DNA from: a virus
Lineage: Duplodnaviria > Heunggongvirae > Uroviricota > Caudoviricetes
Virus record (IMG/VR): IMGVR_UViG_2698536647_000010
DNA length: 12,502 nucleotides
Strand: one strand, 5' to 3'
Positions 1 to 6,605 of the stretch are shown here, in pieces (within the stretch, counting starts at the first letter, position 1; each line of letters opens with the position of its first letter). Both the position numbers and the translations under genes were made by a program. A model generated the notes under the pieces. It saw nothing but the letters and a program-made list of their open reading frames with translations. It was not told the DNA's origin and searched no databases.

Positions 1-270
1 TTACTCCCTGACAGGATTTGCAGGCCACTCAATATCAGGTACAGTTGATGTATCAACACGATTCAACAATACCCGATATTTATTCCATGCCTCCAGCAAC
101 GATCTTTCTTCCTCCGTTGCGATTTCCAGATCTACAGCATCCTGCAGTGGCGCAATATACTCACTGAATTCCTGGATGTAGAACTGTGTGGTGACGGTCT
201 TCCAGCCATTCGGCTCTTGCTGTATCGAAGCATACCAGGCTATTTCAATATCGCTATGCTGCGGCAGCAT
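1..270 (-). CDS. Short Tfa-like ORF (89 aa); C-terminal ~55 aa resemble the conserved C-terminus of lambda-type tail fibre assembly protein, N-terminal ~35 aa do not (truncated or chimeric tfa copy)
   Basis: Complete minus-strand ORF from ATG at 268-270 to TAA at 1-3. C-terminal segment [19 protein letters not shown]...[11 protein letters not shown]...DIEWP is shared with the tfa copy at 1049-1483. No convincing Shine-Dalgarno, so expression is uncertain. Confidence 0.45.
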   Translation of the reverse strand: MLPQHSDIEIAWYASIQQEPNGWKTVTTQFYIQEFSEYIAPLQDAVDLEIATEEERSLLEAWNKYRVLLNRVDTSTVPDIEWPANPVRE

Positions 271-297
271 TTAACCCCTTGTAATTCATCGCCATAA

Positions 298-326
298 TTG
301 ATTTAATTCACAAATAAAACTATAAC
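298..326 (+). promoter_or_regulatory. Candidate sigma70 promoter (TTGATT - 17 nt - TATAAC) upstream of the methyltransferase cassette
   Basis: -35-like hexamer at 298-303 and -10-like hexamer at 321-326 with a 17-nt spacer, in an AT-rich intergenic region; followed by GGTGA (329-333) and ATG at 339. Sequence pattern only. Confidence 0.3.
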
Positions 327-409
327 ATGGTGAAATCAATGAAAAAAACACAGATGATGGGGCTAAAATTTACACACCACTTACCCTAAAGCTTTATGAC
401 TGGTGGGTT

Positions 410-994
410 TTGGGAGTATCAAATCGGCTTGCATGGGGATGTCCTACAAAGGAACACCTTCTTCCACACTTTCTGGAACATGTAGGTAACAACCATCTGG
501 ATATTGGTGTTGGAACTGGGTTTTACCTTACTCACGTACCTGAGAGTAGTCTGATATCTTTAATGGATTTGAACGAAGCTAGCCTGAACGCGGCATCTAC
601 AAGGGCTGGGGAATCAAAAATTAAACATAAAATTAGCCATGATGTTTTTGAACCTTATCCCGCGGCGTTACATGGTCAATTTGATTCCATTTCCATGTTT
701 TACCTTCTTCACTGCCTGCCTGGAAATATATCTACAAAAAGCTGTGTAATACGCAATGCGGCGCAGGCCTTAACTGACGATGGAACTCTATACGGAGCCA
801 CAATTCTTGGCGATGGAGTTGTGCACAATAGCTTCGGTCAAAAACTGATGCGCATTTACAATCAGAAAGGCATCTTTTCAAACACAAAAGATTCCGAAGA
901 AGGCTTAACACATATACTCTCAGAGCATTTCGAGAATGTTAAAACCAAGGTTCAAGGTACTGTAGTAATGTTTTCCGCTTCAGGGAAAAAATAG
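410..994 (+). CDS. Class I SAM-dependent methyltransferase (Rossmann fold), body of the ORF; true start probably upstream at ATG 339 in another frame (see findings)
   Basis: Translation contains the motif I glycine-rich loop LDIGVGTGFY followed by an acidic residue about 20 aa later (LMDLNEA), typical of SAM-binding methyltransferases. No DPPY/NPPY-type motif was seen, so a DNA amino-methyltransferase is not indicated. The ORF is open from 326 but has no in-frame ATG/GTG before the TTG at 410. Confidence 0.6.
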   Translation: MGVSNRLAWGCPTKEHLLPHFLEHVGNNHLDIGVGTGFYLTHVPESSLISLMDLNEASLNAASTRAGESKIKHKISHDVFEPYPAALHGQFDSISMFYLLHCLPGNISTKSCVIRNAAQALTDDGTLYGATILGDGVVHNSFGQKLMRIYNQKGIFSNTKDSEEGLTHILSEHFENVKTKVQGTVVMFSASGKK

Positions 995-1001
995 CATCCA
1001 A

Positions 1002-1034
1002 CCGCAGCACGTTCTTGCTTAAGACGTGCTGCGG
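1002..1034. terminator. GC-rich hairpin between convergent genes (possible bidirectional terminator)
   Basis: Perfect 11-bp inverted repeat CCGCAGCACGT (1002-1012) and ACGTGCTGCGG (1024-1034) with an 11-nt loop, lying between the methyltransferase stop (994) and the tfa stop (1049). Flanking A/T runs are weak. Confidence 0.35.
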
Positions 1035-1048
1035 CATAATCCCAATGA

Positions 1049-1547
1049 TTACTCCCTGACAGGGTTCGTAGGCCACTCAATATCAGGTGCAGTTGATGTA
1101 TCAACACGGTTCAGCAACACCCGATATTTTTTCCAGGCTTCCAGCAATGAGGTTTCTTCCTCCGTTGCGATCTCCAGATCTACAGCATCCTGAAGTGGCG
1201 CTATATGCTCACTGGCTACCTGCATCAGGCTGTTTTTTGTTTCTTCCGCCTCCCGGATCCGGAACAGTTTTTCTGCTTCCGTATCCTTCACCCAGGCTGT
1301 GCCGTTCCACTTCTGATATTCCCCTTCCGGCGATAACCAGGTGACATTTTCCGGTAACGAGCCAAGTTCAGAAATAAATAACGCGTCGCCGGAAGCCACG
1401 TTCTGGCGGTGCAATATCGGTACTGTTTGCTGGCAGACCTGTATGAGGCGGAATATATGCGTCACCTTCACCAATAAATTCATTAGTTCCGGCCAGCAGA
1501 TTATAAATTTTTATGGTCCGTGGTTGTTCACTCATTCTGAATGCCAT
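1049..1547 (-). pseudogene. tfa: Tail fibre assembly protein (lambda Tfa family), disrupted by an internal deletion/frameshift
   Basis: ATG at 1545-1547 overlaps the stop of the upstream fibre gene (TAATG arrangement). From it, [48 protein letters not shown] matches the recalled lambda/Rac Tfa N-terminus, then the frame stops after 59 codons (TGA 1368-1370). The conserved Tfa C-terminus ([13 protein letters not shown]...APDIEWP) continues in a different frame as the 1049-1483 ORF. About 29 aa of Tfa appear to be missing at the junction. Confidence 0.65.
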
Positions 1548-2566
1548 TATGCAAGCCTCACAATATAGTTAAATGCGATGTTTTTGACGGTGTTTTCCGC
1601 GTTACCAGCAGCGTTAACGGTGATGGTATGTCCATGTGAACCAATCGCAACCGAGTGCGTATGCGCACCAATACCTACAGTATGTGCATGTGCGCCAGAA
1701 CTTGCTGCAGTACCAGACAGCGAGTGGGTATGAGCACCTGCTGACTGTGTCTGAATACGTTGATAATACGATCTACTGGAAGAAGTCCCCGGGCTTACTT
1801 GATACTGTGAATCCTTGACATAAGTGAACCCACCGCCATCATAAAATGCTAACGCAGAACCGCCGCCTCCTGGCCAACGAATACCATTACCATGAGTATG
1901 AGCACCGGCAGACCCCGTAGAGCCACTCAGACTGTGCGTATGCGCCCCGGTGTTATTCGTGGATTTAGTGCCGTAATCAAACGACGATGTGGTTTTCGTC
2001 CCCAAATCCGTACTGGATGCGCTGGCGCTGTGGGTATGCGATTTAATGCCGTCCTGTTCCTGAGACAATACGGCCCGACCACTGGCAGGTTTGCCCTTAA
2101 TCGTCCAGCCACGCATATCAGGGATCACGCCTGACGGATAAGCCGCTGCAAGTTTCGGGTATGCAGATTTGTCAAAAGTCTGCCCCTGCATCAGGGCATA
2201 GCCAGACGGAACGGTATCTGATGGCCACGGGATTGGTGCACCGACTGGATAAAACTCTGCAGGAGGATGAGCCGAGGTGTAAAGCTGCGCCCACGGCGAC
2301 CAGTTTGCGTCGGTCGTATCCCGTCGTGAACGAATAAATGCCGGAGCATGAGCACCGCTTGTACCACTCCAGCCGATGAGTAACTCACCCTCTCCTACTG
2401 CGGTTACACCAGTGAGATGAAGCACATTACCATAGGTTGTTGGGTATCTTGTTGCCCCAGTTTTAGTTTCCAGTTGTCGTAACGTCTCGCGCCCACTCTG
2501 GCGTACGAGTTCAACAACCTGCCCTTTAATTTTTTCCCGCTCTTCTTGTGTAAATGCTTTTGCCAT
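1547..2566 (-). CDS. stf: Side tail fibre protein, C-terminal receptor-binding portion only (339 aa), with its own RBS and ATG
   Basis: Translation carries the His-rich GAHTHS / GAHAHT repeat region and the terminal ...[29 protein letters not shown] characteristic of lambdoid Stf C-termini. ATG at 2564-2566 is preceded by GGAGG. Full-length Stf proteins are roughly 1000 aa or more, so the N-terminal two-thirds are absent. Confidence 0.75.
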   Translation of the reverse strand: MAKAFTQEEREKIKGQVVELVRQSGRETLRQLETKTGATRYPTTYGNVLHLTGVTAVGEGELLIGWSGTSGAHAPAFIRSRRDTTDANWSPWAQLYTSAHPPAEFYPVGAPIPWPSDTVPSGYALMQGQTFDKSAYPKLAAAYPSGVIPDMRGWTIKGKPASGRAVLSQEQDGIKSHTHSASASSTDLGTKTTSSFDYGTKSTNNTGAHTHSLSGSTGSAGAHTHGNGIRWPGGGGSALAFYDGGGFTYVKDSQYQVSPGTSSSRSYYQRIQTQSAGAHTHSLSGTAASSGAHAHTVGIGAHTHSVAIGSHGHTITVNAAGNAENTVKNIAFNYIVRLA

Positions 2567-2581
2567 AAGCGCCTCCGGCAA

Positions 2582-3343
2582 TCACTTTTCCGATACAACA
2601 CGGCGGGAAGAATCAGTAATCTGTCGAACAATATCCCGGTGCTTGTTCAGCTCCCGCAGCGCGGCGCAGACTCGCTCCCACTTCTGAACATCACTTTTCG
2701 CCCTGCGCAGCGCCAGGTTTGCCCTGCGAAGGGACGGAAAAATCAGCTCATCTGCTTGCGTTTCGGTAAACGATGGCAACGGCTGCACAATGTCCGCCAC
2801 AGTTTCTGTTTTAATTTCTTCCTGTGTTGCTGCGTCCCGGACTGGTAACGCAGCACCTGCTGGCTGAGGAAAGGCTTTACCATCCGTTTCCGCTACGGAT
2901 GCAGCTTCCGGCTCTGCCGGTAAATCAGCGCCCGGTATGCAGTAACGAAATTTACCGTCCTGATTAACGCGAATCAGACGACCTTTACTGATTGCCATTG
3001 CCAGCTTTGAAGCCACTTTGCGTGATGTGATGCCGAAAAACGTAGCCAGTTCATCCGCCGTTTGTGATCCGCGTTGTTCAATCGTTGCGGTTAAATCGCA
3101 CTCTGAGATTTTCGCTACTGTTGCTGTGGTGGTTTCTTCCGGCAGTTCTGCCTGCGCTGGCTGTTCCTGCTGAACGTTGTTATCAGCCACACGCCAGGTG
3201 TACGCGCTTTTATCAACGAAACCAGCCTTTTTCAGTTCCCATAGTTCGTTCAGCACTTCTTCACGACTGATATCAAGTCGCGCAGCCAGCTCTACCGACG
3301 TGGCTTTTCCCATCGCTTTCAGTGCGTCAAAAACAGTCTCCAT
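2582..3343 (-). CDS. Hypothetical protein (253 aa) with two winged-helix-like segments; position corresponds to the ren/nin region downstream of the P-like gene
   Basis: ATG at 3343 is preceded by GGGAGG at about 7 nt. Segments [30 protein letters not shown] and [33 protein letters not shown] look like HTH/winged-helix motifs. No family recognised. Confidence 0.55.
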   Translation of the reverse strand: METVFDALKAMGKATSVELAARLDISREEVLNELWELKKAGFVDKSAYTWRVADNNVQQEQPAQAELPEETTTATVAKISECDLTATIEQRGSQTADELATFFGITSRKVASKLAMAISKGRLIRVNQDGKFRYCIPGADLPAEPEAASVAETDGKAFPQPAGAALPVRDAATQEEIKTETVADIVQPLPSFTETQADELIFPSLRRANLALRRAKSDVQKWERVCAALRELNKHRDIVRQITDSSRRVVSEK

Positions 3344-3375
3344 AAATTTCCTCCCGGTAAAAATTACTTCTCAAC

Positions 3376-3837
3376 TCAAACAAACCCAGCCGCTTTCCGG
3401 CGCTCATATTCCTGTTTCAGCAGCTCAATTGGCGTTGGCCCCGACGGGCGTTTGGGTGCCGCCAGTTGTCGCCGGACTGGCGGAACGCTCAGGCCGTTAC
3501 TAACATGCTTTGCCCATTTCGTCAGCTGCCGTTCTGCAAGCCGTTTTAATTCCCCTTCGGTCATCTGGCGCTCAATCCCCTTTGAACGCATCTCAAGGCA
3601 AATGTGATACAGCACAGGCTGAGGCCACGGGTACTTATCACTTCCGTCATATCGCCAGGACTCATTGCGCCAGCGGCGGTACTCCTCCATCACAGCATCC
3701 ACCGTCAGACCGAATGGATTGGCTCCGCTTTCCGAAATCAGTGCCACAAACTCAGCCAGGTCCGGAGGCCATGTTTCACCCGCCCGGCAGCGGTCCATGC
3801 ACTGGCGGCAGACCTGTCGGATTTGCTGCTCAGTCAT
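3376..3837 (-). CDS. Replication protein P-like (lambda P family helicase loader), 153 aa
   Basis: Local similarity to recalled lambda P: a YPW-containing segment (DKYPWPQPVLYHI) and TEGELKRLAERQL resembling P's TDAELRRKAADEL. Start taken as the internal ATG at 3835-3837, which overlaps the upstream gene's stop (ATGACTGA), rather than the track's 4041 start that lies inside the preceding gene. No Walker A motif, so not DnaC-type. Confidence 0.55.
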   Translation of the reverse strand: MTEQQIRQVCRQCMDRCRAGETWPPDLAEFVALISESGANPFGLTVDAVMEEYRRWRNESWRYDGSDKYPWPQPVLYHICLEMRSKGIERQMTEGELKRLAERQLTKWAKHVSNGLSVPPVRRQLAAPKRPSGPTPIELLKQEYERRKAAGFV

Positions 3838-4870
3838 CGCGCCAATCTGTGCAATCCAGAGCTTCGAAGGTGCGGCCCCGTTCTTCTGGGTCCAGCGGTT
3901 CGAATAAACCTCCCCCATGAGTTCCCACAGCTTCCAGACCGTTTCCGTCGCTGATAAATCCGTTTTCACGTTCCCACTGCTCACGTGCTGCCCGAATTTC
4001 CTGAACTGCCCGTGATGCGGTGCCACCTGGTGCTGCTGCATGGTTTACCCCCTTGCTGACTGGCTTAACCTGCGCCCTGACGTGATTTACGTGACGGGCG
4101 AATTTCTGCTCCCACTGAACCTGCGTGAAAACTTTCCCCTCCGCTGCCCAGTAGTCCCGGAAAGCGGCAAGTTCAGCAGGTGTAAATTCCGGCTCCGGCA
4201 AAGCCATCCCCCACAACGCAGCCCGTCGTCGAAAATCCGGCGACGGATGCCAGTCATCGACCATCGGAAATTTCCCGATGGGTTCGCTCAGTCCATCCAG
4301 GGATGCAGGTTCTGCTGCCTGCAACGGCGTACCACTCGACTCACTGGTCGGAGCACTCTCGCGCACGTGCGCGTTATGTGTGGGGTTTAATTCTTTATCT
4401 GTATCTTTATCTGTCGTGACTCGTCGTGACATGTCGTGACATATGCGTGACTCGTCGTGACACCCCTCATTCTGTTTTCGTAATTTTTCCCTCTCGCGCT
4501 GCGCTCTCTTGCGCTCTGCCGGGGATTTCGCGGTTTGTGAAACGTTGCCATTGTCCTCTTTCAGTACCTGGCGTTTTTCCCATCCGGTGATTAAATCTCC
4601 ATCAAGTACCCGCCCCTGCATTGCCTGTAAAATTGAATCAATTACTTCTTCCGTCACATCAAGCGCACTTGCTAAATCTTCCGTCGTGACATCAATGTGA
4701 CCACGTAGTGACACGCCGTGACATGTCGTGACATTTCGTGACGCGCTCACCAGAAGGTGGATATACACTGCCATCACTGTTGCAATTGGCTGCCCTGACA
4801 CCCTGGCAATTGTTCGCCACTTAGGGTCATTTGGCATGTCATGCCATAATCTGAGCCAGGCGTTAGCCAT
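3830..4870 (-). CDS. Replication initiator (lambda O-like organiser) with a DnaT-like C-terminal region; contains candidate origin iterons within its coding sequence
   Basis: ATG at 4868-4870 preceded by GAGGTGA. Gene position is after the Cro-like and YdaT-like genes and before the P-like gene. Two clusters of phased GTGAC repeats lie inside the gene, as in lambda where ori sits inside O. C-terminal segment DWHPSPDFRRRAALWGMALPEPEFTPAELAAFRDYW resembles the DnaT/primosomal C-terminal type found on phage replication proteins. Confidence 0.6.
   Translation of the reverse strand: MANAWLRLWHDMPNDPKWRTIARVSGQPIATVMAVYIHLLVSASRNVTTCHGVSLRGHIDVTTEDLASALDVTEEVIDSILQAMQGRVLDGDLITGWEKRQVLKEDNGNVSQTAKSPAERKRAQREREKLRKQNEGCHDESRICHDMSRRVTTDKDTDKELNPTHNAHVRESAPTSESSGTPLQAAEPASLDGLSEPIGKFPMVDDWHPSPDFRRRAALWGMALPEPEFTPAELAAFRDYWAAEGKVFTQVQWEQKFARHVNHVRAQVKPVSKGVNHAAAPGGTASRAVQEIRAAREQWERENGFISDGNGLEAVGTHGGGLFEPLDPEERGRTFEALDCTDWRDD
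4411..4462. repeat. Iteron cluster A: five GTCGTGAC-type repeats phased at 10-11 bp, adjacent to an AT-rich tract
   Basis: GTGAC cores start at 4416, 4426, 4436, 4447 and 4457. Immediately to the left is the AT-rich 4388-4413 with TCTTTATCTG twice (4392-4401, 4404-4413). Confidence 0.6.
4683..4742. repeat. Iteron cluster B: six (C)GTGAC(A) repeats phased at 10-11 bp
   Basis: GTGAC cores start at 4686, 4697, 4708, 4718, 4728 and 4738. Same core as cluster A, about 225 bp away, inside the O-like gene. Confidence 0.6.
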
Positions 4871-4941
4871 ACTCACCTCTTCTGATACCGAATCTTTTTA
4901 CTCACAAATTGCCGGAAGTGATCCGGTATGAATATTGCGAG

Positions 4942-5367
4942 TCAATGCACAGCCACAATATTTCCTGCAGGGCCACCACGATTCATCTGGTTGAAACCAG
5001 CGATCGCCACTGCGACAAAATCATCAGCGTCTCTCACCAGTCGTTCCCGCGTCTCCACCAGCTCCCGAAAATAAGCTGAACTGTGGCTGCGCATTCGGGC
5101 CACCAGCAGAGGCGGCATTGCTTTTTCGATCGCTGGTAACAACGCCTGAATTTTTTTAACCGCATCAGGAGTGTCTTTCTCCACCCAGCGGAAAATTTTC
5201 TGGGTATTGCGAGCCAGGGCTTCCGGATGGCTGTCGTCATATAATTCCGGGAACGTCATACCAAGCTCAAAATAAGCCCGGGTTATTTCAGCTGCCGGAA
5301 CTTTTTCACCGTCCGGATGCGCCCAGGCATTCATCGCCATGCGGATGTGCTCATGCCTGATTTTCAT
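4942..5367 (-). CDS. YdaT-like protein (proposed CII-type early regulator of Rac-type prophages), 141 aa
   Basis: Begins MKIRHEHI..., with size and position directly after the Cro-like gene (17-nt overlap), matching the ydaS-ydaT arrangement as recalled. Family assignment from memory, not searched. Confidence 0.45.
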   Translation of the reverse strand: MKIRHEHIRMAMNAWAHPDGEKVPAAEITRAYFELGMTFPELYDDSHPEALARNTQKIFRWVEKDTPDAVKKIQALLPAIEKAMPPLLVARMRSHSSAYFRELVETRERLVRDADDFVAVAIAGFNQMNRGGPAGNIVAVH

Positions 5368-5626
5368 GAATCAACTCCGATGCATTTGGTGTGTTAGCCT
5401 TGAATCCAACAGGTAAGCCGTCGGTTGGATTCGGGTAAATATCAGGCCGGAGTTCATGAGGTGTAACCTCGAAATTCGTTACTTCAGCAACACGTAATGC
5501 TTTTTCAGGGCTGAATCTTTCATAGCCCCCCAGCACTCGACTTACATGCACCTGAGATAAACCCGTTAGCTTCCCAAACTGTAGCTGGGTGATATGTTTC
5601 TCTTTTAAATAGTCTCTTAAGTTCAT
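5351..5626 (-). CDS. Cro/DicC/YdaS-family small HTH regulator (91 aa)
   Basis: Divergent from the repressor gene. HTH-like segment QLQFGKLTGLSQVHVSRVL and a C-terminal ELRPDIY motif resemble YdaS/DicC-type proteins. Start taken at ATG 5624-5626 (MNLRDYL...) with an AAGG-type SD, rather than the TTG at 5632. Confidence 0.6.
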   Translation of the reverse strand: MNLRDYLKEKHITQLQFGKLTGLSQVHVSRVLGGYERFSPEKALRVAEVTNFEVTPHELRPDIYPNPTDGLPVGFKANTPNASELIHENQA

Positions 5627-5656
5627 AGCCAACCTTCTACGTTATGTCTCGAGCAA

Positions 5657-5685
5657 ATATTAGCCCCGCTAATTTTAAAGATCAA
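5657..5685 (-). promoter_or_regulatory. Candidate early promoter for the Cro-like gene (TTGATC - 17 nt - TAATAT on minus strand) overlapping a 13-bp perfect palindrome (candidate operator)
   Basis: On the minus strand the -35 is at 5680-5685 and the -10 at 5657-5662 with a 17-nt spacer. Palindrome TTAGC-CCC-GCTAA at 5660-5672 lies in the spacer/-10 region. A TGATAATAT extended -10-like element at 5702-5709 faces the repressor gene. Confidence 0.4.
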
Positions 5686-5733
5686 TAGCCAGACTATCTT
5701 TGATAATATTGGTAAAACAAATAAACTCTATGT

Positions 5734-6195
5734 ATGAAAAAAACACGCGAAGTGATTGCAACTCCAGAAGCGAGCAAGAATTTAAAAGCCGCATGGAATG
5801 CAAGAAAAAAAGAGCTGAAGCTGACTCAAGAGCTGGCGGCTGAGTTGTTGGGATTCGAATCTCAAGGCACCGTTAGCCAGTATCTGAACGGCAAGATACC
5901 GGTAAATACCGACGCTGCGCTAAAATTTGCGGCTCTGTTAAAGGTAAAACCAGAGGACATTCGAGAAGACCTTAAAGACTTAATGAATTATGTAAGATCA
6001 TCAGATACTTATGATGATAACTTTTCAGGCAAAGGATGGAGGCTGGTCAATGAAGAACAGGCAGAGTTACTTAACCTCTTCGAGATTCTACCTGCGTCAG
6101 AAAAAGCCAAACTCCTTAACCAGCTACGTGGACTAAACAAGCTCTACGAGGAAGCCTTCGAGAACATGCTGGCACTAAAGAAACGTAACCAGTAG
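5734..6195 (+). CDS. Prophage immunity repressor, DicA/RacR-type XRE-family HTH protein (153 aa)
   Basis: HTH segment LTQELAAELLGFESQGTVSQYLNGK; C-terminal ELLNLFEILPASEKAKLLNQL resembles recalled DicA (ELLELFNALPESEQ). Divergent from the Cro-like gene and followed by the ydfABC-dicF-dicB cluster. No SD before the ATG, so possibly leaderless or weakly translated. Confidence 0.8.
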   Translation: MKKTREVIATPEASKNLKAAWNARKKELKLTQELAAELLGFESQGTVSQYLNGKIPVNTDAALKFAALLKVKPEDIREDLKDLMNYVRSSDTYDDNFSGKGWRLVNEEQAELLNLFEILPASEKAKLLNQLRGLNKLYEEAFENMLALKKRNQ

Positions 6196-6221
6196 CCACC
6201 GCTCACTACCCCATCCACAAC

Positions 6222-6251
6222 AAAAAAACCGACGTCTTAGTCGGTTTTTTT
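6222..6251 (+). terminator. Rho-independent terminator, symmetric and potentially bidirectional
   Basis: AAAAAAA-CCGAC-GTCTTA-GTCGG-TTTTTTT: a short GC stem flanked by A7 and T7 runs, directly after the repressor stop. Confidence 0.65.
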
Positions 6252-6348
6252 GTGCCATAACTTCTGCAAATCAGCTGTATAACTAATATTTTTCCCTTGA
6301 AAAAACATTTACATAGTTACCAAATCAAAAATATCATACGCCATACTA

Positions 6349-6377
6349 TTGACTTAAAATATCCGCGTTACTAATAT
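6349..6377 (+). promoter_or_regulatory. Candidate sigma70 promoter for the ydfABC-dicF-dicB operon (TTGACT - 17 nt - TAATAT)
   Basis: Near-consensus hexamers with a 17-nt spacer about 70 nt upstream of the ydfA-like start; corresponds in position to the dicB operon promoter of Qin. Confidence 0.45.
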
Positions 6378-6448
6378 TTCTATCAAGAACAGCACGGCGC
6401 TGTAGGTTTTAGTTCCGCCACCCGGCGTTAAGGGGAAATGAGGTCAGC

Positions 6449-6604
6449 ATGGATACTATCGAGCTTGGCAACAACGAATCTCTGGTGTACGGCGTGTTTC
6501 CCAACCAGGACGGCACATTCACCGCGATGACGTATACCAAAAGCAAAACGTTTAAAACCGAAAATGGTGCCCGTCGCTGGCTGGAAAGAAACTCAGGTGA
6601 GTGA
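6449..6604 (+). CDS. ydfA: YdfA-like small protein (51 aa)
   Basis: ORF not in the supplied track (below its size cut-off), translated by hand: MDTIELGNNESLVYGVFPNQDGTFTAMTYTKSKTFKTENGARRWLERNSGE. GAGGT lies 4 nt before the ATG. Size and order (51 aa, then 42 aa, then 72 aa after the repressor) match the recalled dicA-ydfA-ydfB-ydfC layout. Confidence 0.65.
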   Translation: MDTIELGNNESLVYGVFPNQDGTFTAMTYTKSKTFKTENGARRWLERNSGE

Positions 6605-6605
6605 T

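Noticed and set aside
339-351. Identical 13-mer ATGAAAAAAACAC at the methyltransferase ATG (339) and at the repressor start (5734)
   Set aside because: Both simply encode Met-Lys-Lys-Thr; the match does not extend on either side, so it is too short to indicate recombination or a shared regulatory element.
1087-1568. Plus-strand ORFs 1087-1344 and 1341-1568
   Set aside because: Antisense to the tfa sequence, with no RBS and low-complexity Pro/Leu-rich translations; treated as shadow ORFs.
1620-2060. Repetitive DNA with recurring CATAC/GTGCGCA-type motifs, superficially like a tandem repeat array
   Set aside because: These are the coding repeats for the GAHTHS / GAHAHT histidine-rich motifs of the tail fibre C-terminal domain; the copies are imperfect, in frame, and have no regular spacer structure, so this is not a CRISPR array or satellite.
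1636-2388. ORFs 1636-1818(+), 1892-2134(+), 1927-2112(-), 2191-2388(-) within the tail fibre gene
   Set aside because: All are embedded in or antisense to the stf coding sequence and lack start signals; typical out-of-frame ORFs in GC-rich coding DNA.
3838-4041. Upstream part of the 221-aa ORF (3376-4041) overlapping the 3' end of the O-like gene
   Set aside because: The recognisable P-like sequence begins after the internal ATG at 3837, which is positioned for translational coupling with the upstream stop; the upstream 68 codons lie inside the O-like gene in another frame.
3510-4390. Plus-strand ORFs 3510-3920, 3604-3954, 3665-3907, 4040-4390 and ORF 4509-4931
   Set aside because: Antisense to the P-like and O-like genes, mutually overlapping, with Arg/Pro/Ser-rich translations and no RBS.
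5649-5654. CTCGAG palindrome in the immunity intergenic region
   Set aside because: A 6-bp palindrome (restriction-site sized) is expected by chance and has no partner half-sites; the 13-bp TTAGC-CCC-GCTAA palindrome nearby is the better operator candidate.
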